DNA from: Eledone cirrhosa
Taxonomy: Eukaryota
Direction of reading: 5' to 3'
Length of the DNA stretch: 64,000 bases
NCBI GenBank assembly: GCA_964016885.1
Contig: OZ024758.1
Span: 6,882,001-6,946,000, forward strand
The notes beneath the pieces are model-generated. The model was given only the letters and a program-made list of their open reading frames with translations. It was not told the DNA's origin and made no database searches. Shown piece by piece: positions 38,407 through 52,865 of the stretch (its first letter is position 1; each line of letters starts with the position of its first letter). The translations under genes and the position numbers were made by a program.

Positions 38407-40612
38407 CAAAGGTTCTTAACGGGGGGCATATGCACCCCCTGGGGGTCGTTTCGGAACTCCAGGGGGGGGGGGGGGCGTTTGGGAGCAGGGTCGCATTAGG
38501 GGGGCGTTTGGAGCTGGGGGAGGGGGGTTAGGGGGCGCTGGAAGGCTCTTTATTTTGGTAAGTTTTATAAGCCATATTTGTATGTCTTTGAGACAGCCAG
38601 TGTGAATGCATTTGAATGAGCTTGCAGACAGCATAACTATAGTCTGACTGCAGCTGTGAGCAGGTGTGCAGGCATGTCCGGTAATTAAGACGTTAACCGG
38701 TAATTGAGATCCTAAAAATGGAAAAACCCACAGTCAACTGGGTCAAAGACACTTTGAGCGCAGCCAGTTAGAATCTTATCTTTTCTTCACCGATAACAAT
38801 GTATTTCATGTCTGAAATTATTGACTCAACCGTAACACGTTAACACTATGTAGATCTATTGTATTCCCTATTGTATAAATAATATTACAAATAAAAAAAA
38901 AGAAAAGAAAAAACAAGCGAGTAGCACACACATCTAGGACCACATACAACACATGATCAGATAATACACACATCTAGGACCACATACAACACATGATCAG
39001 ATAATACACACATCTAGGACCACATACAACACATGATCAGATAATACACACATCTAGGACCACATACAACACATGATCAGATAATACACACATCTAGGAC
39101 CACATACAACACATGATCAGATAATACACACATCTAGGACCACATACAACACATGATCAGATAATACACACATCTAGGACCACATACAACACATAATCAG
39201 ATAATACACACATCTAGGACCACATACAACACATGATCAGATAATACACACATCTAGGACCACATACAACACATGATCAGATAATACACACATCTAGGAC
39301 CACATACAACACATGATCAGATAATACACACATCTAGGACCACATACAACACATGATCAGATAATACACACATCTAGGACCACATACAACACATGATCAG
39401 ATAATACACACATCTAGGACCACATACAACACATGATCAGATAATACACACATCTAGGACCACATACAACACATGATCAGATAATACACACATCTAGGAC
39501 CACATACAACACATGATCAGATAATACACACATCTAGGACCACATACAACACATGATCAGATAATACACACATCTAGGACCACATACAACACATGATCAG
39601 ATAATACACACATCTAGGACCACATACAACACATGATCAGATAATACACACATCTAGGACCACATACAACACATAATCAGATAATACACACATCTAGGAC
39701 CACATACAACACATAATCAGATAATACACACATCTAGGACCACATACAACACATGATCAGATAATACACACATCTAGGACCACATACAACACATAATCAG
39801 ATAATACACACATCTAGGACCACATACAACACATAATCAGATAATACACACATCTAGGACCACATACAACACATGATCAGATAATACACACATCTAGGAC
39901 CACATACAACACATAATCAGATAATACACACATCTAGGACCACATACAACACATGATCAGATAATACACACATCTAGGACCACATACAACACATGATCAG
40001 ATAATACACACATCTAGGACCACATACAACACATAATCAGATAATACACACATCTAGGACCACATACAACACATAATCAGATAATACACACATCTAGGAC
40101 CACATACAACACATGATCAGATAATACACACATCTAGGACCACATACAACACATAATCAGATAATACACACATCTAGGACCACATACAACACATGATCAG
40201 ATAATACACGCATCTAGGACCACATACAACACATAATCAGATAATACACACATCTAGAACCACATACAACACATAATCAGATAATACACACATCTAGGAC
40301 CAAATACAACACATAATCAGATAATACACACATCTAGGACCACATACAACACATGATCAGATAATACACACATCTAGGACCACATACAACACATAATCAG
40401 ATAATACACACATCTAGGACCACATACAACACATAATCAGATAATACACACATCTTTGGAATATTGTTAATCAATTTTTTAGTAATATACTGATATAAAA
40501 ATCAGTAGTATATTGAAAAATAGAAAAATAGAAAAATAGGGGGGGGGGGGGGCGTTTCGTGATTTCGAGGGACAAAAGGGGGCGTTTTGCCTAAATGGGT
40601 CGAGAACCTGTG
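38407..40612. mobile_element. Non-autonomous hAT (Charlie/Buster-type) element carrying a 40-bp minisatellite
   Basis: TIRs CAAAGGTTCTTAAC / GTCGAGAACCTGTG; 8-bp TSD gtctagac / gtctaggg (NNNTANNN pattern). Confidence 0.7.
38926..40455. repeat. 40-bp minisatellite, ~38 copies
   Basis: Unit acacacatctaggaccacatacaacacat(g/a)atcagataat. Confidence 0.97.
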
Positions 40613-41736
40613 GTCTAGGGTCACATGTTAAAAATGTAGTTCCTCGTACATTGGAAGTACTGTCCTCTGGATGTTGCACATATGGATCAGGGAACACATG
40701 ACGATGAGAGCTTCTTCTGTTAAAAAACATCTTAACTGATGCCACAGCCACATTGAAGTCACTATAGAGGTGGGGGATAGGAATGTAGGCAATTTAAGAA
40801 TCAAAGTGGCCATTATTATCAACTAGAAAAAAAGATAAATAGATTGGAAATGCATGAAGCAGACTGGTTACTATAGCGACTTCATGCTTGCATATTTCAG
40901 ACTTGTAGGACAGTCAACCCTTTAACATTTACATTACTCTATATATGCTATTGTATTTTTTTGTGGTAAAGGCTTTATCTTACATAATATCTCACATAAT
41001 ATTGAATCTATGAGATTTTAATATTATTTATTTTGAGAACAATACATTAACATAAGTATGAGCGGCCAGTTACAGCCGGTTTAAATAGAAAAAGGTGAGA
41101 GAATTCTGGCCGGATATGGCTGGTTTAAATGCTAAAGTGTTAAGGAAGAACTTATTGATGGTTTGTTTTGGTTTTGAACCGTTTTTGCTTCACATTTGAA
41201 AAGAAGGTAATGGCCCTGAAATATGTTGAAATATACTGGGTAAAACATTACTTTGTTTTGTCATCCTTTGTCCTTTATATATACTGCATTGTACCAGCTT
41301 TTTGAGACTTATCGGTTTTTTTTTTATTTTATTACATATCTCACATGCTTCATTCTAACTATACTACTTTTTTTTTTATTGTCTTTCATGAAAAATAGAA
41401 AAGATTTCCTCTTAGGATTCAGTTGGACAGCATTGAACAGTATCAGATAACAAAGTTACTATCAATATGTTTGTTTGGAAGAAAACAGAATTGATCAGTC
41501 ATTGATTTGTTTTTCATACTGAATGGCTTAAAAGTGTAACTTGCATTTAACCTTCTTTTGATTTTTACCACATCTGTTAGTCTGCTTTATATTTTGTTTT
41601 TATAGTAAATGTTTATTGAACATTTATCATATATTTTTAAACCTAACCCTCTCTAAAATATTTGTGAAAACTTTTGTATTTTAGGAAATAGATCAATATC
41701 TTACAATTCATCATTACCTTCATTATTTAAACTCCA

Positions 41737-41908
41737 TTGACAGTATTGGTAGAGGGTCGGACACCATGCTTTCCATCGCCCCTTTATGGTCTGAGTTCAA
41801 ATCCCGCCAAGGTTAATTTTGCCTTTCATCCTTACGAGGTCGATAAAATAAAGTACCAGTAATGCATTGGGATAATTGCTGGCCTTGTGCCGATAGTAGA
41901 AACAATTA
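41737..41908 (+). mobile_element. SINE family 1 with target-site duplication
   Basis: Flanked by attatttaaactccatt and attatttaactccatt. Confidence 0.85.
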
Positions 41909-44497
41909 TTTAACTCCATTTTTCCAGTTAGCAATGGTTGGACATATTGTGACTGATTGTTCAGTACTTAAATAGTCCTTTCTGATTGCTAAGTGGGCTG
42001 GGAGCCCGATATATGATCCCATACTTACTGTACTGAGAGCATTTTATTGTGGTGCCAACACTAGAGAAGTTGCCAGGTCTTTGTCATAGCTGAAGAATCT
42101 TCCTGACTTTTTGTTTGGTTGGTTTTCTATAGCTGAATACCTTCCTACCACCAACCACTTTACAGAGTGTACACCAACCACTTTACAGAGTGTACACTTC
42201 TATTCATTTATTTCTCAGGCAGACATTGAAGAGACTTAGCTTAAATTAAGAGTTTAAACTCTAATTGTTTTATGCAGTTTTAATTAATTTCATATAATAT
42301 AAATTCTATACCAACAAAGAATTCTTTAATAAATAAACTTTGTGTAGACCAGTAATGCACAGATTTATTGTGGCCCATATAAGGTTTGAGTAAGCTGAGA
42401 TCCTCATGTGGTACTCTACCAATGAAGCACTGTTTAGAGACTAAAATGGTTTCTTTGTTCAAAGCAAGTTATGTCATATCCAGGGGCAAAATAACAAAAT
42501 CTGCCATAGAATTTTAAGCCTTTTATTTCACTAGCAAATAATCCTGCCTAGACATTTATCTGTTGGATCAGCTTACAGTGGCTTATGCTTCTAGATGTAT
42601 TGATTTGGAGTAATATATATGAATAAAAGAACTATAAGCTATTGAGAAGCTGTGAACGTTTTGTTTTTGACAAAAGCTTTAGTGATTTGAAATTGATTCA
42701 GTTAGATGCAAAATTTAAGCAGACTAAGAGGAAAAACAGTACTAAAACTTTCTCCACTTTGGCTGAACAACATTTAGTAGAGGAATACGAGGGTAGGCTG
42801 AAATGTTCATAGGAGTGATGTTAGAGCTGTGAAATCTTACACGCATTAATTTCAGCTCTTCTTATTAATAACTGCATTGTTTTTTTTCCAGGGACTATGT
42901 ACTCAGTAGAGTACAGGGCTGTATGTAAGTGAGATGTGGTAATTTTGTGCAACAGTCAGAGATTCTCCTTATTTCTCCTTTCTCTAAGAAGCTTTTCCTT
43001 CCAATCTAGACTTTATTTTATGCAGAATTGTAAAAATATCAACAAATTAAGGAAATGGAAAAATTCGTTCATATCTTATTGAATCAACAACTTTCCGACA
43101 AGCCTGTTTTTATCTTAAAACTGCAATGCAAGGATATTTTTTTAAATTTCAAACTTTACATGATATAGAATTATAAATGTTAGGTTATTCAAAGCTTCAG
43201 TGGAATCAATCTTACTGAACTCCTGTGAATCGAGGTCAGTGACAATACTGATCACCAAAGCTTTAGATGGTTGCTACACATGAATTCTAAGAAAGATGAA
43301 AAACATCAAACCATCCGTGTCAGGTGTCTCCCATTAGCCATACCATCTGTGTCATCTCCAGCTTGCAAGTCATGTCATGAAAGGCAATGAATCTGCTACT
43401 GTGGGAGTCCACTAATGTGATAGACAAACACAGAAGACTTTTCAAGACATTAAAGAGAGTCATCGAGGAAGTTAGAGAATTATCTTGTGAAGAACTGAGG
43501 CAGTTAATGCTTGATTGTACGAGATAATAAGGGTTTCAATGTCATCACAAAGAAGTGAATGTTTGTTTGGTTAGCTGTGTATGTTGTCTTAACATGAGAA
43601 GTAGTTTCTTACACAATAATATGAGGAGCTATGGATTAGGGAGGAACACAAGTAATGAGATGAAGGGACACATTGGGCTGTGAGGATCGACTGAAAAGTT
43701 CATAGGCTGACCAAGATACTCTCATGGAATGACCAAATGAGGTTTATTTTTCAACATAGTCTCTGGAAAGAAACAATGCAGTTATTAATAAGAAGAGATG
43801 AAAGTAATGTATGTAAGATTCACAGCTCTAGCATCACTCCTTCATAGCTAGGCTATGAACTTTGAACTTTTCAGCTGACCCTCTATTTAGTCCACATTTT
43901 TATACTAGAACCATTGTGTATTATCTTTTGGCCAAACACAACTCTGATCCCGTCAATTTATCTGACAAAAAGGGTTCCATTTTTATTTTTTGAGTTATTT
44001 ATGGATTGCAGTCAGTCAGAAAACAATCCCCCAAACTCTGTGAATACATCCCATTTGTAAAAACAAAGCCAGACACAGAAAAAAAACTGATGTGTTTGTA
44101 CTGATGTTTATTTGGAGGTAATTACAAGAAAGGGAATCCTGTTATGGTTTTTACAACATGGATTTTGTTTGTAGTATGAAGTTATTATTTAACCTGCTTA
44201 ATAATTAAATGATTTAAAGGTGGCAAAATGACTGGAACGGTAAACACAAATCTAAATAAATGCCTTCTCATATTTAATCTCCTGTATCCATTATTAGATA
44301 TGGAATCCTGTCATGGTCAGCTGAGTTTTTTATCCTTTTGATGTTGGTAAAATAACTAGTTTACCCAACTTTAGTTGGTTATACTAAAATAACAAAAAAA
44401 CTAACAAACAAAATCCCACCAAAATTATTTTGAATTATATCAGAAGAAATCAATAATTTATTTTGAATGATCTAACCAGATTGATTTATTTTTCCAG

Positions 44498-44595
44498 AAA
44501 GTCTCCGAGACGCTCTTGATTCTCAACAAAAAATTACAATCAAATGTCTTTTAAAACAAGAAATTCGACCGGAGAAATACGAAAACAAACTGCTG
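44498..44595 (+). CDS. CARMIL: CARMIL/LRRC16 coding exon 2 (98 nt): (E)SLRDALDSQQKITIKCLLKQEIRPEKYENKLL
   Basis: Acceptor ttgatttatttttccAG and donor CTG|GTATGT; open frame from phase 1 to phase 0. Aligns without gaps to the recalled CARMIL1 PH-domain segment [33 protein letters not shown]. Confidence 0.92.
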
Positions 44596-44649
44596 GTATG
44601 TACTTATTTCACATATATTTCAATAATTACTTGTATAGCTGTTTCTCTT

Positions 44650-44930
44650 CTTTTCTTGCTCTTGCTTGATGGGGCGGGGGTCACCCTAGCTCAGCAATCC
44701 CAGAGGTGTCATCGTGTGTAGAGCTGATCAGCTCCACTAGTGCCCTTCATCACTGGTGGTCCTGCATCAGAACCTCTACATCTTCCAAGAGATCTTCTTT
44801 AGTCACATCCAACCATCTGGTATGGGGCCTGCCATGGGGCTTCTTCCAGCCTGCAGCTGCTGTGTTGAATGAGAGTAAGGCCCTGGCAGGAAGATTTGGT
44901 AGGAGGCGTAGAGCATGTCCATACTAGCAC
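44650..44930 (-). pseudogene. RTE LINE 3' fragment ~55 bp downstream of CARMIL exon 2 (other RTE 3' fragments ~6990-7350 and ~9845-10225)
   Basis: YGHALRL...GWKKPHGRPHTRWLDV is typical of the RTE C-terminus. Confidence 0.75.
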
Positions 44931-45836
44931 ATTCCTTCTTGCTATTTACTGGTATATGAGATCTTCGTTCTCCTTCTCAAAGATTTTCCTGTCTCTGGGA
45001 ATATGTACTTTCCGGGGCAAACTTAGAGCGTATGGCTTGTATTAGACTATTACAGCTAATATGTAATATTTTAACCCTTTAACATTTACATTACTCTATA
45101 TTTACTATTATATTTTCATGGTAAACACTTTGTTACATAATTCTCACATAATATCGAATTTATGAGATTTTGGTGATATTTATTTTGAGAACAACAACGT
45201 AACATAAGTATAAGCGGCCAGTTATGGCCGGTTTGAATAGAAAGAGGTGAGAGAATTCCGGCCGGATATGGCCGGTTTAAATGCTAAAGGGTCAAAATAT
45301 TTCTTATTAGATTGTCATCATCATCATTTTACGTCCACTTTTCCCTGCTTGCAAGGGTGGGACGGGAACTGATTCTGGCTTTATTTCTACAGCTGGATGC
45401 CCTTCCTAACACCAACCTCATTTACAGTGAGTGCTGGGTGCTTTTTTTTGCCGTGGCACTATGATTATATCAGCTTTTTAATTCATACCTGCTTGTTTTT
45501 TAAACTTTTGTTCTATGATTGTGTGACCTGGGAATGTTTATCTGATAACGATTTGAATAGTTTAGTAAACGTAATTGGAAACTTTTGTGATTCAGTTATT
45601 TCCCCCAATAACAATCAAAGAAGAAATGGGGAAATATTTTATATGTAATATAACAAAGGGTGTTGAATTAACAAACACAATAGATTACTATATAAATATA
45701 TAGTCTTTATTATGGTTAGCAGTTTGGTATGTCACTATATATATATATATAGCGGTTAGAGAATTGGATTCACAATCTTGAGGTTGTGAGACGGAAACAT
45801 TGTTTCCTCGGTCCGATTTGACGAAAGTCGATCGTT

Positions 45837-45876
<40 letters not shown>

Positions 45877-46035
45877 CAGTTCCTTGTAAGCTTGAAAAAC
45901 ATGTCAATACATTTTAGTAATTTTAGTATAGAAAAAAATAAAATGAATACTGAAATTTTTATAAAGAGATTGGAATGAGACACTAATTCATACAGGGAAA
46001 CATAAGTTTTAATTACAATATATTATATATGTATA

Positions 46036-46201
46036 TGTTAACCTGGGTTCAATCAGGGGTAACCACAGTAAGTAAGGTACTCAATACATAGTAGAGTATA
46101 AATATTTAATATAGAAATGGCCTAGAACTGTTTTATTCGGAAGAAATCATCAGGTGATTTCTTCCAAATGAAACGGTTCTAGTCCTGTAGAAGCCATTTC
46201 T
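46036..46201. mobile_element. (TA)n-associated fold-back element, family B (other copies ~1728-1790 and ~2519-2632 inverted)
   Basis: Shared sequence ggtaaccacagtaaggtactcaatacatagtagagt; terminal imperfect palindrome ctagaactgtttt...gaagaaatca/tgatttcttc...gaaacggttctag. Confidence 0.7.
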
Positions 46202-46219
46202 CTCTCTCTCGCTCTCTCC

Positions 46220-46415
46220 TACGAGGGTCGGCTGAAAAGTTGATAGGCTGACCAAGATACTCTCATGGAATGACCAAATGAGGTTTATTTTTCAGCATAG
46301 TCCCTGGAAAGAAACAATGCAGTTATTAAGAAGAGTTGAAAAAAATGTATGCAAGATTTCACAGCACTAGCATTAATCCTTCAGAGGCAGTTTATGAACT
46401 TTTCAGCTGACCCAC
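46220..46415. mobile_element. Tc1/mariner-type MITE (~195 bp; other copies ~4851-5045, 19447-19845, 26970-27644, 42786-42900, 43680-43885, 60193-60770)
   Basis: TA + TIR cgagggtcggctgaaaagttcataggctgac ... gtcagcctatgaacttttcagccgaccctcg + TA (consensus over copies). Confidence 0.85.
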
Positions 46416-48693
46416 ATATGTTCTTGGACTCTACCAAGTACACAAGGTGCATTTTATCATGGCACCTTCTCAGATTTATCAGGGACCCAAACCTCACTTG
46501 CATATAATCCTGTACTCTACTGAGTACACTTTTTCATGGCACCAGCACTAGATGACACAAGAAGTGCCAACCCCACACTGTAAAGTGGCCATGTAGGTGT
46601 CACAACAAAATGCACCCAGCCCACACCGTAAATGTGGTTGGCATTAGGAAGGGCATCCAACTGTAGAAACCATGCCTGAATCAGTATGAGTAAGGCCAGC
46701 TCAGGTGACCATGTCTATCTCACATCAGGAAAACTCGTCTAACCCATGCTAGTGTTTAATGTCCATTTAAAATGGACGTTAAACGGTGATGATGATTTAT
46801 TTATATATATATATATTTATTTATATATATATATATATTAGCTGAATTACCCGCGCCTTGTTGTGTTTCACACATTTTTTTTGTAAGAAAATGATGATTA
46901 ATTTTAAATCAGTGATATAATTTATGGAGAAAAAATAAAGGGAAAATGTTAAAAAAGTAGAGGCATTAACTAATAATTTTTGTTGTCGTAATTCTAGTGA
47001 TGTTTTGCCATAGATAAAATGTCTAAATTAGCCAAATTTTAACTATAAAAGAGAGGTGCTTTTTTATCGATTTACGTTTAGTTAATAGAAAAATCCCGTT
47101 ATAATAGAGGTTCCAATACTCAAGTTATGGGCTTCCAAAATGTTCACTATAGGGTGTTTAACCCCCATTAGGGTGTCTTAATATTATTGAAATTTGTGAA
47201 TAGGCATCATATCTTGTCATTTACCTATGGTTTAAATTTCATATAAATCGAAGGGAAAAAGTTTTCAGCAGGAGTTTGTGCCCCCGGGGAATCCTTTGAG
47301 TAAAATGAAATATACTTATCCAAGTACCCTAGGCAATGTAGTTTCAGAATATATATGGTTATGGGGATCTATCTTCAAAACCATAGAAGTTAGTGAACAA
47401 ACAAACAAACAAACAAACAGGAACTACAACTTTATATATATATATTATATAAGTATGTATACGTGTACATACTTATATTTAAGTAACAGCCGTACTAAGA
47501 GTGGGAAATGAAATATCGTTTCATTTTTTCCGTTTATATATATTATATTATATGTATGTGTATGTATGGTATTAGTGTTTTACAATGTATACAACCATTA
47601 TGAGTGTATTTTCCCAGCTACAGGATGTTCTCTGATAACAAGTGAGTTCTCTCACCTCTTTCTGTTCAAGCCGACCGTAACCAGCTGCTCATACTTATGT
47701 TAAGGTATTCTCAAAATGAATAATATCAAAATCTCATAGATTCGATATTATGTGAGATAATTTTGTGTGATAAAGTGTTTACCATGAATTACAATTGTAA
47801 ATGTAGAGTAATGTAAATGCTAAAGGGTTTTAATATAGAATCCCAGCTGAAAAAAGTGAGTTTTAGTAACTACCTTTTATTCTTCATGTGAGCTTATATT
47901 GCTCTCAACTTGGGCTGATCGGTGATTTGAGCTGGTTTCATAATTGGCCTCGTTGAAATGAAATAATGTAGACAAAGCATGTAACTTTTTATGTTGTGTT
48001 GTGTTCAGAAACTGGTGTTCTATGGAAATCAGTCAACCAGATAGTTATGTAAAAAAGTGGGTAGCTTTGATATTACGGCTGATTGAAATAAAGGTGTAGT
48101 TTGAGTCATTGTGGTGACAGCAGTTACAGCACCAATTTGGGGGAGATCTATTTGTTTGATCAATAATGTTGGGGTTAACCATGCAGAAATCATTGGTGAA
48201 AGAGTCATCAACAATAAAATTCTCTCTTATTTTCTATATACTATGGGAAAGTAGATTACTACTGACCTAAATTGTACTATAGTTCAATGCTGTTAAACAG
48301 CATGTGTTAACTTCCAAAGATTTCTAATAAGTTCATACAAACAAAAACAATAATTTCCAATTATAATATTAACCCTTTCATGAACGCATTTCTTCTGAAA
48401 TACACTCTTATTTTAATTAATTGAAGAATTTTGAGGGATTTACTAAAAATTATTTCATTACTAAGATAACTGAATGTAAGGTTCTTATATAAAATTATCT
48501 TGGAAAATTTTAATTGAAACTAGACCACCCATGACCCGTTGGGTCACATTCACTTCAAAATATTTTTTAAAAATCATGTCCACTTAAAAGTGATTTTTAA
48601 ATAATTAAAATATTCAGACATGTATATAATGTAAAAGGAAACTGGAAGGCCCATATATATATATATACATTTGTGTATGTATATATATATAAA

Positions 48694-48736
<43 letters not shown>

Positions 48737-51412
48737 ATGTGCGTGTATATATGCATGTGGGTGTCTGATCTATATACACTGGTCATAGACATATACATAC
48801 ATGAATATATATACACACACACTCACATATATATATGCACAACACCACCAGCTCTCTCTCTCCCATTTTCCTTTTCTGTCTCCTCTCCCTCTCTCTGTTT
48901 CTCTTTGTCTACTCTCTCACAACCACTATCTCTTTCTCTCTCTCATGCTTCGATTTACGCGAAACTTGTTTTATTCCATTTGTATTCCCATTTCAGGGTC
49001 AACTTCCTTTCAAAGTATTTTCCCATTATGCGCCCTTTTGGCGCAAGCAAGCAATCAGAGACTTTTAGTAATACAGGTATAGATTGGAAACCTTTTAAAA
49101 TGGGTGGTTTTATTTCATAGAGCCATGGCTGGTTTGGTAACTAAAGGGGTAATAAAAATTAAAGTTTGAGTTAAACTTGTTGAAGTAGGGTTTTACATAT
49201 ATTCTAGAACAAAAGGTCTATTTGGGTTACACATGAAATGTAACTGAGGTAAAAATAAGAGAAATATGTGATCTGGTGGAAGAGATAGAACTATTTGATG
49301 TTTTCATCATTATTATTTTTACATTATTATTTTTCTGTGCTGGCATGATTTGGATAGGACTTTTTCAGGCAATGTTTTACAGCCAGAAACACATTCTGAC
49401 ATCAATCCTTTTAGTTTATTTGCTTCTTACAACAAGTAAGGATACAGTGTACTTATTCTAAACCGAATTCACAAGCTAAAAGGAGAGTAAAATGACTTAT
49501 TTCATCCAGTCTGGTTAAGTTCTGTACACAGAGGAAAGAGCAGCATTTTCTAGCTACATTCTGTTGAGGAAGTCTGTGTCTCGAGCCTGGAGATTCATCA
49601 GGCTGGTGCTTATCCTAGTTTCCATGGCGTGAAGAGACTCGGGGTACATGACTCACCCCTGGATATCATGCCAATCCATCGCAGGGTTACCACCCCAGTT
49701 ATTGCTGGTGATTCTCATTTTCAGTTAAGCATACTGGAGTAACATGAATTGAAGTGTTTTTTGCTCAAGAACACAACACACAACCCAGCCCAGGATTCAA
49801 ACTCATGACATTATGATCGTAAGTCCAACACCACTAGACCATGTTCCTCCACTCTGTTGATGAAAGAGAAAGAAAAGTTCCATTTTGTATAGCTGTATGT
49901 AGCCTTTGTATGGCAAGAGTTTCTGCACTCTTAGTCTGTCAATAAACTGGCGAAAGACATGACCTGAACTTTATCTGATCACATGAATGTAGCTACACAT
50001 CTATGGAAATGTTCAGATGTTTGTAGTTACAAATAAGTTCTATGGTAGGAAATATGTAAGAGGATAGTCAAAAGGTGGCATAAACAATTAAGCTGTGCAA
50101 GAGGCCCATAGCCTTGTCATAGTGGTACTGTGGGCAAACATCTTTGTTTTATAATGGTGTCTATTACACCACTAAACCATGTTTATAAAATGATTTGAAC
50201 TCAGTACTTTCAGTCTAATGAAACATTATTCAGATATACTCAGTATCTATTGGGCAAAACATTACTTTGTTTTGATTTATTTGTTAATCTTTGCTCTTTA
50301 TATATTTCTACTGCATTGTACGGGCATTTTGAAACTTAGTCATTTATTACATATCTCACAATGCTCCATATTAACTTCACTGCAGTAAGTACTGTTTAAC
50401 TTGTCATGCTACCTATTTACAACTAAGCAGATTGGATCTAAGAATTAAGTGCAGTAATCATCTTCATCGTTGTCATTGTTTTTACATCCGTTTTCCATGC
50501 TTGCATGGGTTGGATGTGTCCTTTTCAGCACAGCCTCTCTCCACTTGCCACATCAGCTCTCTCTATGCAGTTTGTTAGCCCTGTGTCCACACTGTAAATG
50601 TGGTTGGTGTTAGGAAGGGCATCCAGCCATAGAAAACCTGCCAGATGCAGTTCTATACAAGCGAGACACGGTCACCTGACCAATCTTGCCTCAATTGGGA
50701 CAATCCCGTCTAACCCATACTAGATGGACGTTAAATGATGATGAGGATGATGTCTATACAGTTATCTTATTTATTGTGATTTCCATAGTTTTGGCAGGGT
50801 TTTTCTAGCTGGATGCCCTTCTACCACAAACCACTTAATAACATGACTGGGTGCATTATTCGTGACACCAACACTAGAGTAGTTGTCTTACTGGACTTGA
50901 GAATCATGAACTGTAAATCCTTTGGTCAGTTGTTCATCTTTATACACTTCAACCAGCTGCAATTCAATCAAACGAGGAACTTTAAAGCAACCCAAAATGT
51001 ACTAATTAATTAATACTAACATTTCCAATTAATTTCACTGTCACAAATTTCTAGAACCATCCAACCCATATCAAGAGAAAAAAAAATTTAGAATAGTCAA
51101 ATTCATTTTGTTGTGAGGAAAGATGAGAGAGACCAAATTATATTGATATAGGAAATGGTGTCAATGACATTAGTGGCACTAATTATATGTCTGCTTGTTA
51201 GTTTGTGTGAAACAGTTTTGTTACTCATCAGTCCACCCTCTCACACATATAACTACCAACTGATGCTTTCACACATGAATTAATATAGTAATTATTTTAT
51301 AAATGTGTTTATAACTCTATATATAAGGATGGTCAGAGAAGTTAATAGGTTGATTATGAAGGAGTGATGCTAGAGCTGTGGAATCTTGTATGAATTAATT
51401 TCAACTATCCTT

Positions 51413-51452
<40 letters not shown>

Positions 51453-51471
51453 AGACACAGACACAGACACA

Positions 51472-51523
<52 letters not shown>

Positions 51524-51539
51524 AACACACACACACACA

Positions 51540-51590
<51 letters not shown>

Positions 51591-51997
51591 GTGTACAAAT
51601 ATACACACATGATGGAAGGAATGTGTGAACTCACACACTCACATTTATACATCACATATTTTTTTTATAATATACAAATACAGTAACAAAGATGCACTCC
51701 AAGATGAATTTCCCCAGCCACACACCTCGCACACTTCCCACACTTTATAGCTGTTTAAAAGACAACACATATTTCCTGTTTTGTTGTCAAAAATTCCAAT
51801 GTTAAGTGTACTTCAGTAATCTTTTCCTTCCTCCTCAAACAATAAAATAGTGGACATTGTTGTTCTATTTATATTTTGTCAGCTTCATTCAGTAATGTAT
51901 TTTATATATCTTGTTTGTATGTTGGTTTTTTTGGAGGTTACGTTCTTTTGGTACCAGAAGAAAAGGTGTGGGTAAATACAATACAACTAGTTATTGT

Positions 51998-52330
51998 GAA
52001 GGCGCATGGCTTAGTGGTTAGAGCATTGGGCTTGCAATTGAGAAGTTGTGATCTCGATTCTCGGATCAGGTGATGCGTTGTCTTTGAACAAGACACTATT
52101 TTTTCACATTGCTCCAGTTTACTCAGCTGTAGAAATGAGTTGTGACGTCACTGGTGCCAAGCTGTATCAGCCATTGCCTTTCTTTGGACAACATCGGTGG
52201 CATGGAGAGGGGAGACTGGTGTACATGGGTGACTGCTGGTCTTCCACAAACAAATTTGCCCAGACTTGTGCCTCGGAGGGAAACTTTCTCAGTGCAAAAC
52301 CATGGTCATTTGTGACTGAGTGGTGCCTTA
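51998..52330 (+). mobile_element. tRNA-derived SINE, family 2 (other copies ~1967-2087 -, ~8197-8460 +, ~22838-23035 -, ~32600-32742 -, ~49582-49852 -, ~62143-62390 +)
   Basis: Head gaaggcgcatggcttagtggttag (A box), degenerate B box, conserved ttgagcaagacact...ttgctccagtttactcagctg core; agttattg on both flanks. Confidence 0.8.
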
Positions 52331-52865
52331 AGAAGTTATTGGGAAGATGTTTATGTGGTCGATTTGGTGAGGTAGTTTCTGTGGAGGGTAGGTTCCAGTG
52401 AAGATGTTTGTGGTCATTTGGGCCCAGTAGTTTCCTGTGAAGATGTAATTGTAGTGCTTTTGGAAGGTAGGTTCTTTTAGTACCAGAAAAAATGTGGGTA
52501 ACTACTAAAAAACTGGTTATTGTGAAGAATTTTATGTGGTGGTTTTTGCAGGGTAGGTTCTTTTGGTACCAGAAGAAATAGCACTTATGATAAAGGATAT
52601 GGAGTTACCTGTCCTGTTCTAGTCAACGTATGTTATGGTTAAGAATACCTTGTTCCTCACCTGAGCTACATGTACAGATGATTAGGAGAACCATCTGACA
52701 GTTATCTGAATAATCCTACTGTGAATGTTTATGGATAGACAATAGATAGGCCTAACTCTGCTCATTACATTTCGGTATGATATGTCCACTTTGGATTCAT
52801 GAGTATATAACAGCTTTTACTGCTGAGGAATTTGGAAAACAATATAAAGAAAGATAGAGATGTGA

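Larger units (their letters stand above)
13318..44497 (+). other. CARMIL intron 1 (31,180 bp, GT-AG, phase 1)
   Basis: Bounded by the donor and acceptor above; filled with TEs and tandem repeats. Confidence 0.8.

Noticed and set aside
43025-43560. Possible exon after a tttattttatgcAG acceptor in intron 1
   Set aside because: Stops in all frames and no matching donor; more likely a decayed transposon interior that I could not classify.
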